Below are positions 1-12,527 of a DNA stretch of 64,000 nt, in pieces. Source of the stretch: Octopus vulgaris (taxonomy: Eukaryota); NCBI GenBank assembly GCA_951406725.2, contig OX597817.1, forward strand, positions 164,672,001-164,736,000. The letters run 5' to 3'. How positions within the stretch are numbered: the stretch's first letter is position 1; every line of letters starts with the position of its first letter. A model generated the notes under the pieces. That model saw nothing but the letters and a program-made list of their open reading frames with translations. It did no database searches and was not told the origin of the DNA. Both the position numbers and the translations under genes were made by a program.

Positions 1-315
1 CCAAAAGATAGCAAAAAAATGGAAAAAAATGATGGTAAATTTTTTTTTTAGAGTAAAAAAAGGTGGAGTTGCGTCCCCTAGACAGTCTGTGGTTTATTTT
101 TTTTGATTCTCGACCCCATGTCGAATTTATCGATTTTTTTTAGAACTGGGGGAACTTTTCAAAATTTTCGCTGCGTTAGTTTTGAATTATGCCATTGGGC
201 TATGTGTGTGTCAAGTTTCATCAGAATCGGTTGAAAGCCGTGGTCAGGGTGAGGGTACAAGCAAACAGACACACAGAAACACGCACAGACAAACTGCCGT
301 TTATATATAGAGAGA
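1..315 (-). mobile_element. Non-autonomous Helitron, family A; 3' end lies outside the window
   Basis: Reverse complement of 44036-44330. The 5' TC terminus is at 315, preceded by A. Confidence 0.8.
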
Positions 316-447
316 TAAATATAAAAAAAAAGAAATGTATAATTTGTTAGTTTAAAAATTTCACTTTTTCCCTGAATTTTGTCTTTAGTTTTGTTGGTTC
401 ATTAAATTTCTTCAAAATTTCATTTGAAGCACACTTAATATTCCATA

Positions 448-660
448 TACTCTTTACTCTTTTACTTGTTTCAGTCATTTGACTGCGGCCATGCTGGAGC
501 ATCACCTTGAGTCGAGTAAATCGACCACAGGACTTATTCTTTGTAAGCCTAGCACTTATTCTATCAGTCTCTTTTGCTGAACCGCTAAGTTACAGGGACG
601 TAAACACACCACCATCAGTTATCAAGCAATGGGGGGGGGGCAAACACAGACACACAAACA
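448..660 (-). mobile_element. 3' half of a tRNA-derived SINE whose head is probably at 6298-6462
   Basis: Matches the 3' half of intact copies at 26262-26670 and 44418-44780, with a (GAGTAAAA)-type tail. Confidence 0.75.
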
Positions 661-699
661 TATACACACACACACATATATATATGTATTTATATTTCC

Positions 700-1262
700 T
701 TCTTGTGACACTTGTGAAGACCTGTTGAGGCAAGTGAAAATCAAATCAAAATCAAATCAAATCAAAACAAATCAAAATAGATGAACATCAATGGAATTTG
801 TATCTTTGTGGACCAGTGCCGGTGGCACACAAGAAAATCATCCGAACGTGGCCGTAGCCAGTACCGCATAGACTGGCCTCCGTGCTTTGGGGACGTAACA
901 AACACCATCCGATCGTGGCCGTCCGCCAGCCTCATCTGGCACCTGTGTCGGTGGCACATAAAAACACCATCCGAGCGTGGCCGTCTGCCAGCCTCGTCTG
1001 GCACCTGTGTCGGTGGCACATAAAAACACCATCCGAGCGTGGCCGTTCGCCAGCCTCGTCTGGCACCTGTGTCGGTGGCACATAAAATCACCCACTACAC
1101 TCTCGGAGTGGTTGGCGCTAGGAAGGGCATCCAGCTGTAGAAACACTGCCAGATCTGACTGGCCTGGTGCAGCCTTCGGGCTCCCCAGACCCCAGTTGAA
1201 CCGTCCAACCCATGCTAGCATGGAAAACGGACGCTAAATGATGATGATGATGATGATGATGA
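700..1262 (+). mobile_element. RTE LINE 3' UTR fragment with about 60-bp internal tandem units and a (GAT)n tail
   Basis: Homologous to the 3' UTRs attached to RTE ORFs at 9470-9866 and 1645-2280. Confidence 0.85.
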
Positions 1263-1454
1263 TATATATTTATATATATATATGTATTTATATATATATA
1301 TATTTATATATATATGTATATATATATATATATGTATATATATATGTATATATGTATATATATATGTATATATATATATATATGTATATATATATGTATA
1401 TATGTATATATATATGTATATATATATATATATATGTGTATATATATATGTATA

Positions 1455-1503
<49 letters not shown>

Positions 1504-1644
1504 GTATATATATATGTATATATATATATATATGTATATATATATGTATATATATATGTATATATATGTGTATATATATATATGTGTATATATATATATA
1601 TGTATATATATGTGTATATATATATATATGCATATATATGTGTA
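1263..1644. repeat. (TA)n/(TATG)n compound microsatellite
   Basis: Directly visible. It produces the spurious IY-repeat ORFs. Confidence 0.98.
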
Positions 1645-4600
1645 TCATCATCATTTAGCGTCCGTTTTCCATGCTAGCATGGGTTGGACGGTTCAACTGA
1701 GGTCTGTGAAGCCGGAAGGCTTCATCAGGCCCAGTCAGATCGGGCAGTGTTTCTACGGCTGGATGCCCTTCCTAACGCCAACCACTCCGTGAGTGTAGTG
1801 GGTACTTTTTATGTGCCACCCGCACAGGGGCCAGACAGAGCTGGCAAACGGCCACGAACGGATGGTGCTTTTACGTGCCACCGGCACGGGGGCCAGGCGA
1901 GGCTGGCAATGGACACGAACGGATGGTGCTTTTACGTGCCACCGGCATGGGGGCCAGGCGAGGCTGGCAATGGACACGAACGGATGGTGCTTTTACGTGC
2001 CACCGGCATGGGGGCCAGGCGAGGCTGGCAACGGACACGAACGGATAGTGCTTTTGGCACGAGGCCAGTCGGGGCGGAGCTGGCAACGGTCACAAACAGA
2101 TGTCTCTCTTACGTGCCACCGGCACTGGTAACTCAGCTGCAATTTCCATTGATTGATTTCGATTCTGATCCTCACTTGCCTCAACAGGTCTTCACAAGTA
2201 GAGTTTTGTGTCCCAAGAAAGGAAGGTATGCATATGTAGGCTGGCTCCATCCCATGTAGAAGGAAACGGGTTATGGTCTCACTTGTCCTGCCGGGTCTTC
2301 TCGCGCACAGCATACTTCCAGAGGTCTCGGTCTCTAGTCATTTCCTCAGTGAGACCTAAAGTTCGAAGATTGTGCTTCACCACCTCGTCCTAGGTTTTCC
2401 TGGGTCTGCCTCTTCCACAGGTTCCCTCAACCGCTAGGGTGTGGCACTTTTTCACACAACTATCTTCATCCATTCTCGCCACATGCCCATACCAGTGCAA
2501 ACGTCTCTCTTGCACACCACAACTGATGCTTCTTAGGTCCAGCTTTTCTCTCAAGGTACTTACACTCTGTCGAGTATGAGTACTGACATTACACATCCAT
2601 TGGAGCATACTGGCTTCATTTCTTGCGAGCTTACGCATATCCTCAGCAGTCACGGCCCATGTTTCACTGCCATGTAGCATGGCTGTTCGTACACATGCAT
2701 CATACAGTCTGCCTTTTACTCTGTGCGAGAGGCCTTTTGTCACCAGCAGAGGTAAGAGCTCTCTGAACTTTGCCCAAGCTATTCTTACTCTAGCAGTTAC
2801 ACTTTCAGCACACCCGCCCCCGCTGCTGACTTGGTCACCTAGGTAACAGAAGCTATCAACTACTTCTAGTTTTTCTCCCTGGAGAGTGATGGAAGTTGGT
2901 CTCAGAGCATTTTCAGTGTTTATTGTTCCTGAGCATCTGCCACAGATAAAAACTATTTTCCTAGTTAGCCTTCCTTTGACATTGCTGCACATCTTATGTG
3001 TCCATAGCTTACACTTGGTGCATCTTATAGAGTTTCTACCTACACCTTTTCTACAGATCGAGCAGGGCCATCTACCTGAAGGCGTTTGTGATTTGTCTAC
3101 CTTCCTACTGATTACGACTTTGGTTTTAGCTAGATTGACTCTAAGGCCCCTCGATTCTAATCCTTGTTTCCACACCTGAAACTTCTCCGCCAGATAGTGA
3201 CTCAGCAATTAGAGCAAGGTCATCAGCATAGAGGAGCTCCCTAGGGCATCCTGTCTTGAATTCCTCCATTATTACCTGGAGGACTATGATAAATAGGAGG
3301 GGGCTGAGGACTGAGCCTTGGTGGACCCCTACCTCTACCCGGAATTCTTCACTGTACTCGTTGCCAACCCTCACCTTACTAGCAGTGTCCCTGTACATGG
3401 CTTGCACAGCTCTCACTAACCATTCATCTATCCCTAGTTTCCTCATTGACCACCAGATAAGGGATCGGGGGACCCTGTTGAAGGCTTTCTCCATGTCAAC
3501 AAAAGCCAGGTACAGGGGCTTATCTCTGGCTAGGTATTTCTCCTGCAGCTGCCTTACCAGGAATATAGCATCAGTGGTACTTTTCCCTGGCACGAACCCA
3601 AACTGCATCTCATCTAAACTAACTCTCTCTCTAATTAGTTGGGCTATGACCCTCTCCGTAACCTTCATCACCTGATCCAACAGCTTGATACCTCTGTAAT
3701 TATTTGTATCTAGGGCGTCACCTTTACCTTTGTAGCAGTTGACTATTATGCTGCTACACCAGTCATTGGGTATGGCTCCTTTGTGTATCACCTGATTAAC
3801 TATACGGGTGACTAGGCTATAGCCGACACTACCAGACATTTTGAGCATCTCTGCAGTGATTCCTGATGGGCCTGGGGCTTTCCCTGTCTTCGTGCTTCTA
3901 ATTGCCTTAACTACCAAGGAAATATCAACTCGGATAGCTGGTCCCTCTGTTGGGTCAACATTCGGCAGACTCTCTTTATCCCATTCATTTTCTTTATTCA
4001 GCAACCTTTCATAGTGGCGTCTCCAAACCTCTCTCTTTGCATCCTCATTTAGTGCAAGTGAACCATCTTCCATCCGAACACACTTCTCTCCTACCACATC
4101 ACGATTCTCTCTCACACACTGTCTTGCAACGCAAAACACCTCCAGTCTTTGGTCCTCACGGCGCAGAACATTGGCAAATTTTTTCTTATCTGCTTCCCCT
4201 CTGGCTAAATAAACCTGTCTCCTAGCTTCTCTTTTGGCAGTCTGATACAATTCCCTGCTACCCCCATTTTTCCAGTCCTTCCAAGCCTGTCTCTTTTCTC
4301 TAATAGCCCTGTCTACAACATTGTTCCACCACCACGTTATTCTAGGTCGAGAGGGGACTATGCACCAGCCACAGATCTGGTCAGTGGCTCTCAGCAGGTT
4401 GTCCATTAGAAACGTCCAGTTGTCTTCTACCCCCTGTGATGCTCTATCTACTTCGTCAAAGGCTTCAAGTAATATGTCTCTAAATCTCTGTCCATTTGCA
4501 GGATCTTTAAGCTTCCAGATCCTTCTTCTCCATGTTGGTTGTCTTCTGGTTGTCTTCCTAGTCCTGATCCTAAAGTCACTAACTACCAGTCTATGTTGTG

Positions 4601-4976
4601 GGGTACATTCTTCGCCTGGGAAGGTTTTGGCATTTATAAGCAGCCATCTCTCCCTTTGCCTGGCAAGGATGTAGTCAATTTGGCTGGTATGTTGGCCCGA
4701 TCGGTAGGTGACTAGGTGGCTGGTAGGTTTCCTGAAGTTAGTGTTGCAAATCATAAGATTATTTGCATCGTAGAACTCCAGCAGCCTGGTTCCCTCCTCG
4801 TTGCGGGAACCATAGCCATAGCCTCCATGTACGCCATGGAAGCCCCCAGTATGTCGTCCAACGTGACCATTGAAGTCACCAGCCACAAAGAGAAGGTCTC
4901 TGTCGTTCATCAACGAGGTAGTCTGCAGTAGAGTGTCATAGAATCGGTGGTAGTCTGCAGTAGAGTGTCATAGAAT
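1645..4976 (-). mobile_element. RTE-clade non-LTR retrotransposon, copy A, 5'-truncated
   Basis: APE motifs (GDFNGH, SQIDYIL), RT motifs (QFGF, GVHQGSVLSP, YADD), a Cys-rich insert (CSICRKGVG...CTKC...H...C), 3' UTR and (GAT)n tail. Confidence 0.95.
2279..4947 (-). pseudogene. RTE endonuclease/reverse-transcriptase ORF with one frameshift near 3190 and a premature TAG at 2390-2392
   Basis: ORFs 3141-4913 and 2390-3208 join to give one RTE polyprotein. The natural end KTRQDK* is at 2279, as in copy B. Confidence 0.9.
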
Positions 4977-5057
4977 ATATCATCATCATCATCGTTTAAC
5001 GTCCGCTTTCCATGCTAGCATGGGTTGGACGAGCATGATGTGTATATATATATGTAT

Positions 5058-5092
<35 letters not shown>

Positions 5093-6262
5093 TTAGCGTC
5101 CGTTTTCCATGCTAGCATGGGTTGGACGGTTCTGCTGGGGTCTGTGAAGCCAGAAGGCTTCATCAGGCCCAGTCAAATCTGGCAGTGTTTCTACGGCTGG
5201 ATGCCCTTCCTAACGCCAACCACTCCGTGAGTGTAGTGGGTGCTTTTTACGTGCCACCCGCACTGGTGCCAGACAGAGCTGGCAAACGGCCACGAACGGA
5301 TGGTGCTTTTTATGTGCCACCGGCACGAGGGCCAGGCGAGGCTGGCAACGGACACGAAACGGGGCGGTGCTGGCAACGGTCGCGAAACGGAAAGTTCTCT
5401 TACATGCCACCGGCACTGGTAACACATCTGCAATTTCCATTGATCGATTTCCATTGATCGATTTCGATTCTGATCCTCACTTGCCTCAATGGGTCTTCAC
5501 AAGCAGAGTTTCGACATGCCACCGGCACTGGTAGCACATCCGCAATTTCCATTGATCGATTTCGATTCTGATCCTCACTTGCCTCAACACGTCTTCACAA
5601 GTAGAGTTTTGTGTCCCAAGAAGGGAAGGTATGCATACGTAGGCTGGCTCCATCCCATGTAGAAGGCCACGGGTTGTGGACTCACTTGTCCTGCCGGGTC
5701 TTCTCGTGCACAGCACACTTCCAGAGGTCTCGGTCTCTAGTCATTTCCTCAGTGAGACCTAAAGTTCGAAGGTCGTGCTTCACCACCTCGTCCCAGGTTT
5801 TCCTGGGTCTGCCTCTTCCACAGGTTCCCTCAACTGCTAGGGTGTGGCACTTTTTCACACAACTATCTTCCTCCATTCTCGCCACATGACCATACCAGCG
5901 CAAACGTCTCTCTTGCACACCACAACTGATGCTTCTTAGGTCCAGCTTTTCTCTCAAGGTACTTACACTCTGCCGAGTGTGAGTACTGGCATTACACATC
6001 CATCGGAGCATACTGGCTTCATTTCTAGCGAGCTTACGCATATCCTCAGCAGTCACGGCCCATGTTTCACTGCCATGTAGCATGGCTGTTCGTACACACG
6101 CATCATACAGTCTGCCTTTCACTCTGTGCGAGAGGCCTTTTGTCACCAGCAGAGGTAAGAGCTCTCTGAACTTTGCCCAAGCTATTCTTACTCTAGCAGT
6201 TACACTTTCAGCACACCCGCCCCCGCTGCTGACTTGGTCACCTAGGTAACGGAAACTATCAA
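5058..6262 (-). mobile_element. RTE copy B, same subfamily as A, strongly 5'-truncated, with an internal duplication of about 110 bp in the 3' UTR
   Basis: ORF 5682-6146 is nearly identical to the C-terminus of copy A. Segment 5403-5510 is repeated at 5515-5610. Confidence 0.93.
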
Positions 6263-6268
6263 TATAGT

Positions 6269-6297
<29 letters not shown>

Positions 6298-6300
<3 letters not shown>

Positions 6301-6462
6301 ACAGGCTTCTTTCAGTTTCCTTCTACCAAATCCACTCACAAGGCTTTGGTTGGTCCGAGGCTATAGTAAAATACACTTGCCCATGGTGCCACGCAGTGGG
6401 ACTGAACCCGGAACCATGTGGTTGGTAAGCAAGCTACTTACCACACAGCCACTGCTGCGCCT
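6298..6462 (-). mobile_element. 5' tRNA-like head of a SINE
   Basis: A-box-like TGGCTGTGTGG and B-box-like GGTTCAGTCCC on the minus strand. Matches the heads at 26506-26670 and 44418-44550. Confidence 0.8.
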
Positions 6463-7013
6463 ATATCATATAGAAAAAGGATATTGATTAAATATTCTTT
6501 ATATTAGTTAGTAGGAAAATACACATGCACCTTGCAGAAAAAAAGAGAGAAAAAGAGCAGATCATCCCGAGGGAAAAGTTGAAAGGTAGTACAATAAAGT
6601 GAGGAAAGAAAATGAGTAACAGGTGAATTGGAAGAATAAAGGAAACAGAAAAGATGAGAGGGAGGTTACAAGTGTGAGGGATATCACATAAAGGATTTGT
6701 ATGGATTTGCCTTACACACACACACATGCGCGAACAGAAATGGATATGTGTATGCAGAAATGTGAAAAATATGTCCATGCTACATGAAGATACATGAAAA
6801 AGCATATGAATAAATTAATCATTAGCGTTTCATTGATGCAACTTAAGCCATTTGAATAGTCATTTCAAGCATGAAACTAAAATTTCTGTTCAGATTTAAT
6901 TCATTGCTTTTGCAGAACAGGTATTATACTATTTTATACACTAACTACATCTGGATTATATTTTGTGGTGTAAAAAATATAAAATTGCTAAACAGAAGTG
7001 TTAGAAATTGTAA

Positions 7014-7403
7014 TCTTTATATATAAAGCTGAAGTTGCCTGTGTGTGGCAGGTTTGGTAGCTTTCAACTAACACTATCTCCTCCGAGAGCCTGCGGCGCA
7101 AGTTGACAAAATTGAGAGTATGATAGAAGAAAGCTTGCTCTTCATTCTGTACAAGAAAAAATTCAAATCGGACCATGTTAAGACCAAAAATTATTTACAT
7201 CAAAAAGGTGCCTTTTTTCTATGAAAATCCCTGTTTTTTTACAATTTTTTGACTGCTGTGTCACCATTTTTTGGTATATTTCAACCAGAAAAATGTTCAC
7301 TTAAAGAGAATAACAAGCTATATGATGCAAAATTTTTACCTTTCAAAAATATCAATTCTAAAGGGTCGAAAAGAAAACAAACAACACCGGGCTATCCTGC
7401 TAG
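7014..7403 (+). mobile_element. Non-autonomous Helitron, family C
   Basis: A|TC start and CTAG|T end with a degraded subterminal hairpin. Reverse complement of 50184-50574. Confidence 0.8.
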
Positions 7404-7528
7404 TTTTTAATAAGGATTTTCATAGGTAAACAAGATTTCATACCCAAACCAATGTTTCATTCAATCAGTTGAGGAGTACAGCTCAACAAAAGAAGTATCC
7501 AACAGTATATACAATTCTCTTTAACTTA

Positions 7529-10092
7529 TCTATTATATGAAATCCGTTCTGTCTGTCTGTGTTCTAGGATCTCGGGCATCCTCCATCCGATTAAACTCAA
7601 ATTTGATATATAGATACCAACAGTATCAGGGTATGTATGTCTTGAAAAAATTACAAAAATCAATTCCAGGTGTGCTTTCAATGTTTCTGAAAAGAAAAAG
7701 GCTTGGAGAAGCCATTATGAGAGACTGCTGAATGTGGAGAATGAATGGGAGGCGGAGAGCCTGCCAAATGTTGACCCAGTAGAGGGACCAGCTATCCGAA
7801 TAGACAGCTCCCAAGTAGTTAAGGCAATTAAGGGTATGAAACCAGGAAAAGTCCCCGGCCCATCAGGAATCACTGCTGAGATGCTTAAAACAGCTGGTTG
7901 TGTGGGCTATGGCCTAGTCACTCGCATTGTAAACCAGGTAGTTCATAATGGAGTCATACCCAATGACTGGCGTAGCAGCACCATAGTCAACTGCTACGAG
8001 GGTAAAGGTGATGCTCTAGATAGAAATAACTACAGGGGTATTAAACTGTTGGATCAGGTGATGAAGGTCACAGAGAGGGTCATAACCCATCTCATTAGGG
8101 AGAGAATTTGCTTAGATGAGATGCAGTTTGGTTTTGTGCCGGGTAGAAGCACCACTGATGCCATATTCCTGGTTCAACAACAGCAGGAGAAATACCTAGC
8201 TAAAGATAAAACCCTCTACATAGCTTTTGTGGACTTGGAGGAAGCCTTTGACAGGGTCCCCTGATCCCTTATCTGGTGGTCGATGCCGAAACTGGAGATT
8301 GACGAATGGCTAATAAGGGCTGTACAGGCCCTATACAGAGAGGCTGTCAGCAATGTTAGGATTGGCAATGAGTATAGTGAAGAATTCCGGGAAGAAGTAG
8401 GTGTCCACCAAGGTTCAGCCCTCAGTCCCCTTTTATTCATCATAGTCCTCCAGACAATAACAGAGGAATTCAAAACAGGTTGTCCCTGGGAGCTCCTCTG
8501 TGCTGATGACCTGGCTCTCATAGCAGAATCACTACCGAAACTAGAAAAGAAATTTCGGGTGTGGAAGAAAGGGTTAGAATCAAAGGGCCTTAGAGTAAAT
8601 GTAGCAAAGACCAAAGTTATAGTAAGCAGAAAGGTGAACTCATCACACATCCCCTTGGGCAGGTGGCCCTGCTCAATCTGTAGGAAAGGTGTAGGTAGAA
8701 ACTTCATAAGATGTACCCAGTGTAAGCTATGGACGCATAAGAGGTGCAGCAACATCAAAGGGAAATTAACTGATAAGATAGCTTTCATGTGCGGCAGATG
8801 CACAGGGACAATAGACACCACAGATACTCAGAAAACAGATTCCATCACACTCCAGGGGAAGAAACTAGAAGTAGTTGATAGTTTCTGCTACCTAGGTGAC
8901 CAAGTTAGTAGTGGAGGTGGATGCTCAGAGAGTGTCACCACTAGAATACGAATAGCCTGGGCAAAGTTTAGAAAGCTCCTACCCCTACTGGCGACAAAGG
9001 GTCTCTCACTCAGAGTGAAAGGTAGATTGTATGATGCATGTATGCAAACCGCTATGCTTCACGGTAGTGAAACATGGGCTGTGACTGCAGAGGACATGCG
9101 TAGACCTGAAAGAAATGAAGCTAACATGATCCGCTGGATGTGTAATGTCAGTGTGCACTCACGACAGAGTGTAAGCACCCTGAGAGAAATGCTGGACATA
9201 AGAAGCATCAGATGTGGTGTGCAAGAGCGACGCTTGCGATGGTATGGTCATGTACTGCGGACGGATGAGGAGAGATGTGTGAAGAAGTGCCGCTCCCAAA
9301 CAGTTGAAGGTATCGGGGGAGAGGTAGACCCAGGAAGACATGGGATGAGGTAGTCAAGCATAACCTCAGAGCATTGGGCCTCACAGAGGCAATGACGAAG
9401 GACCGAGATCTCTGGAGATATGCTGTGACTGCAAAGACCTGGGCCGCTTCCTGCACCAGTTCCGCATAGCCCCAGCCCATTCAAAGTACCTTGGATTTCA
9501 GAACAACCTGCTGTGCTTGAGGAGACCTATTGAGTCAAGTACATGAACATCGAAATAAATATCAAATGGAAATAGTAGTTATGATACCTGTGCCGGTGGC
9601 ACATAAAAAGCACCATCCGAACGTGGCCGATGCCAGCACTGCCTTGAGTGGCCGATACCAGACTCCCCTGGCACCTGTGCCGGTGGCACGTAAAAAGCAC
9701 CCACTACACTCATGGAGTGGTTGGCGTTAGGAAGGGCATCCAGCTGTAAAAACACTGCCAGATCAGACTGGAGCCTGGTGCAGCCTCCTGGCTTCCCAGA
9801 CCCCGGTCGAACCGTCCAACCCATGCTAGCACAGAAAACGGATGTTAAACGATGATGATGATGATGAATCTGATCGATAAAGCTGTGGGAACGTGCATTT
9901 GTAAAATCGTTTTTCTTGGAATAGAAAAAAATCTATCTTTATTTCTTCTTTTGCTGGTGTCTCAAATTTAGGTTAAATCAGTGTTTCTCAAAGGGGAGGC
10001 CTATGGGATGGTCAGACAAGTTGTTTTGGGAAAATTTGGTTTAAGTGTTTGACAACACAGCACCATCCACTGGATGGGGGGCGTTTTGCTCG
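7529..10092 (+). mobile_element. Old Helitron-like element split by the RTE copy C insertion
   Basis: A|TC start followed by a GTCT microsatellite. After the RTE there is a CCATCCA-C-TGGATGG hairpin and a degenerate CTCG|T end. Confidence 0.45.
7700..9866 (+). mobile_element. RTE copy C, second subfamily, 5'-truncated, with stop codon and frameshift
   Basis: RT ORFs 7734-8264 and 8283-9353 are separated by TGA. The 3' UTR and (GAT)n tail are present. Confidence 0.95.
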
Positions 10093-10456
10093 TATATAAT
10101 AAAGACACACACAAATGAATATGTTTCTATTCATGGTCTAGTGTCTAAGGCTTTGCACTCATAATAACAAGATCATGGTTTCAATTCCTGGGTCGAGTGG
10201 TACATTATGTTCTTGGGCAAGACAATTCATTTCACACTGCTCTGCAATCACCTTGGCATCTTATGTGCGGTGCACTGTGCATGTGTATAGGTAATATTGA
10301 TCTCATGGATAGAGTAAGCATAAATATTTGATCACTATTAATCATCTGTGGAGAATGTTCAGCAAGAAACTACAGAAACGTCATCTGTTGTGTACAACAG
10401 GAAAGACCACAGGACACACAGACACACACATACTGCGGGTAATGTTTGATAATATA

Positions 10457-10630
10457 TCAGGTTATTAAGAATGAAATGTCCAATTTTCTTATGCACCAAG
10501 TTTGACAGTCATTAACTCTAATGTTTTATCCTGACAATTTTTTGTTTTATGACATTGAAGAATTACAGCATCACTTTTTGAAATGCAATTCATGGTGTCT
10601 GATTATATTGTGAGTTTTCTCTTGTAAATC
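10457..10630 (+). mobile_element. Isolated mariner terminal fragment
   Basis: TA followed by TCAGGTTATTAAGAATGAAATGTCCAATTTT, nearly the same TIR as at 40169. Confidence 0.6.
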
Positions 10631-10689
10631 AAATTTTATGAGCGTGTAGTAGAGAGTAATGGATAAAGATCTTTTCTGAATCATATACA

Positions 10690-10881
10690 CTCACAGGGTT
10701 GGTTTCTTGGTTGGGATGCTGGTTCATTACAGGATTACTTATTTTTCCCATCTAAGTGAACGAGCAATGTGAAATGGAGTATTTTGATCAAGAACACAAT
10801 GTGTCGCCCAGTCCAGAAATCGAAACCACAATCTTATGATCAGGAGTCCAACACCCTAACCACTAAGCCACGTGCCTCCAC
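10690..10881 (-). mobile_element. Decayed tRNA-derived SINE
   Basis: A box TGGCTTAGTGG and B-box-like GGTTTCGATTTC on the minus strand. Related to the heads at 22417 and 15808. Confidence 0.65.
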
Positions 10882-11196
10882 TGCAGTAAAGTTTAACTTA
10901 TGATGAATATATGAATATATTTCAGCAGTATAAACATAATGCTTCACGGATGAAGTAAGATTTAACAATGGATTCACCTAACAATTAGAAGGCAGCTTTG
11001 AAATTATAGACATGAGATTACTGACTGGATTTATTTCCACAATATATATCTGCATTGATTCGTCAATCTATAAATACTAGCAAGTCTAGTGGAGACAACT
11101 AGCTATGTCATACAAAATACAATGAAATCCAGTCGACCTAAATAGAATAATAACATTTTTTTATTCAATTTAGTTTCAGTAAAATGTCTACTTTAA

Positions 11197-11621
11197 CGCT
11201 TTCATTACTGTATTTATTTTGAGATGCTCTGTCTTTCTTTCAATTTAGTGTTCATGTTAAATGTAATACTTTGATTAATCGAATTGTTTTGAATTAATCA
11301 TACATTATCTTACAGCTTTGAAGTTTCAATGGTGTGATAGTTTATTCTTAGAAAGTCAATGTAGGTTAGGTGTGAGGGGCTAGATATGGCCAGTTTGAAT
11401 ATAAAACATTTAGGATATTTGGGCCGGATATGGCTGGCTTAAACACCAAAGGGTTGAATATAACAATGAATTTAGTAAAATAACTTAGTTACCATTAAGC
11501 TAGTGTTAGGAACATAAATTGTGACTAAGATTTGGTGGAAGATTTTAATTCAAAACTTATGAAAACAAGACATTTGTACTAAGAGCCAGAGCCGGTTTCA
11601 GCCGGGTTGGTAATAAAAGGG
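11197..11621 (+). mobile_element. piggyBac-type MITE family 1 with a nested family-2 MITE at about 11250-11455
   Basis: TTAA flanks and C(G)CTTT...AAAGGG ends. The flanking parts match uninterrupted 13735-13954, and the insert matches 14706-14937 in reverse. Confidence 0.75.
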
Positions 11622-11944
11622 TTAACACAGAAACAAATAATCAGACTTGGAATTTTGAAGTAGTGCTGACTAATACTTCAACATCTAGAAGAGACATGCA
11701 TGAAAAACTGAGGTGATCACAGACCAATTCACCCTCACTTCAAAGCCATACGCAAATTTTATCATAGCTATCACACTAATCCTGTTAATCCGACCAGAAA
11801 AACTTGAGTGAGATTAGCAGGGTTTATGTCAAGTTTTGTTGTAGATGTACAGACGCAATGGCAGGAAGATATGTCCAGGAGGTTGAAGAGATTACATCTA
11901 GTTTTTAATATGTGGGTAAGGAGTGTATTAAATACATTTACATA

Positions 11945-12335
11945 CAATAAGTGGTTGAGAAATTGGCTTCCTGACCTTGTGGTCCTGGGTTCACTCCCTG
12001 TGCACAGTGCCTTGGTCAAGTTGTCTTCTATTAAAGTCTGATGCTGACTAAAGCTTTGTGAATAGATTTGGCAGATGGAAACTGGAAGAAACATGTATGT
12101 ATGTGTGTATGTGTGTGTGTGTGCATGTCATTATGTTCATCTCCTATCATTGCTTGACAACCGGTGTTGGTTTGTTTGTCTCCATAACCTAGCGGTTCAG
12201 CAAAAGTGGTTGATAGAATAAATACAAGGCTTAAAAAGAAAACAACAAATGGGGGTTGACTTGTTCAACTAAATCCTTCAAGTGGTACCTCAGCATGGCC
12301 ATAGACCAACGACTCAAATAAGTAAATGATAAAAG
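11945..12335 (+). mobile_element. Diverged tRNA-derived SINE with central (TG)n
   Basis: Head, microsatellite and tail are similar to 44418-44780. Confidence 0.7.
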
Positions 12336-12353
12336 ATGCCAGTTAACATATGT

Positions 12354-12386
<33 letters not shown>

Positions 12387-12527
12387 TGATGATGAATTCA
12401 TGTTAGGAAAGGGTTTTCTGATAAGAAAATTAATTCTTCTATTCAGCCCAGAATATTTGTGTAAAAAGTTAGCAGTTCAAACTGAAGTATTAGTTGATCC
12501 TAAAGAAAAATCTTAATCTTTGCAGAA

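Noticed and set aside
820-1085. Regularly spaced repeats resembling a CRISPR array (also 52064-52164)
   Set aside because: There are no unique spacers or cas genes. They are tandem units inside an RTE 3' UTR and an LTR in eukaryotic DNA.
1238-1792. Long ORFs of IY, YVCM, HT or ER repeats (also at 35.7-36.6, 42.4-42.8, 47.2-48.2 and 49.1-49.4 kb)
   Set aside because: They are translations of microsatellites that lack stop codons.
3256-4931. Plus-strand ORFs overlapping the RTE and CR1 coding regions
   Set aside because: They are antisense shadows of retrotransposon ORFs with no independent motifs.
6905-6926. Possible 5-nt plus-strand microexon (ttttgcag AACAG gtatta)
   Set aside because: It is on the opposite strand to the supported gene, has no partner exons, and is expected by chance.
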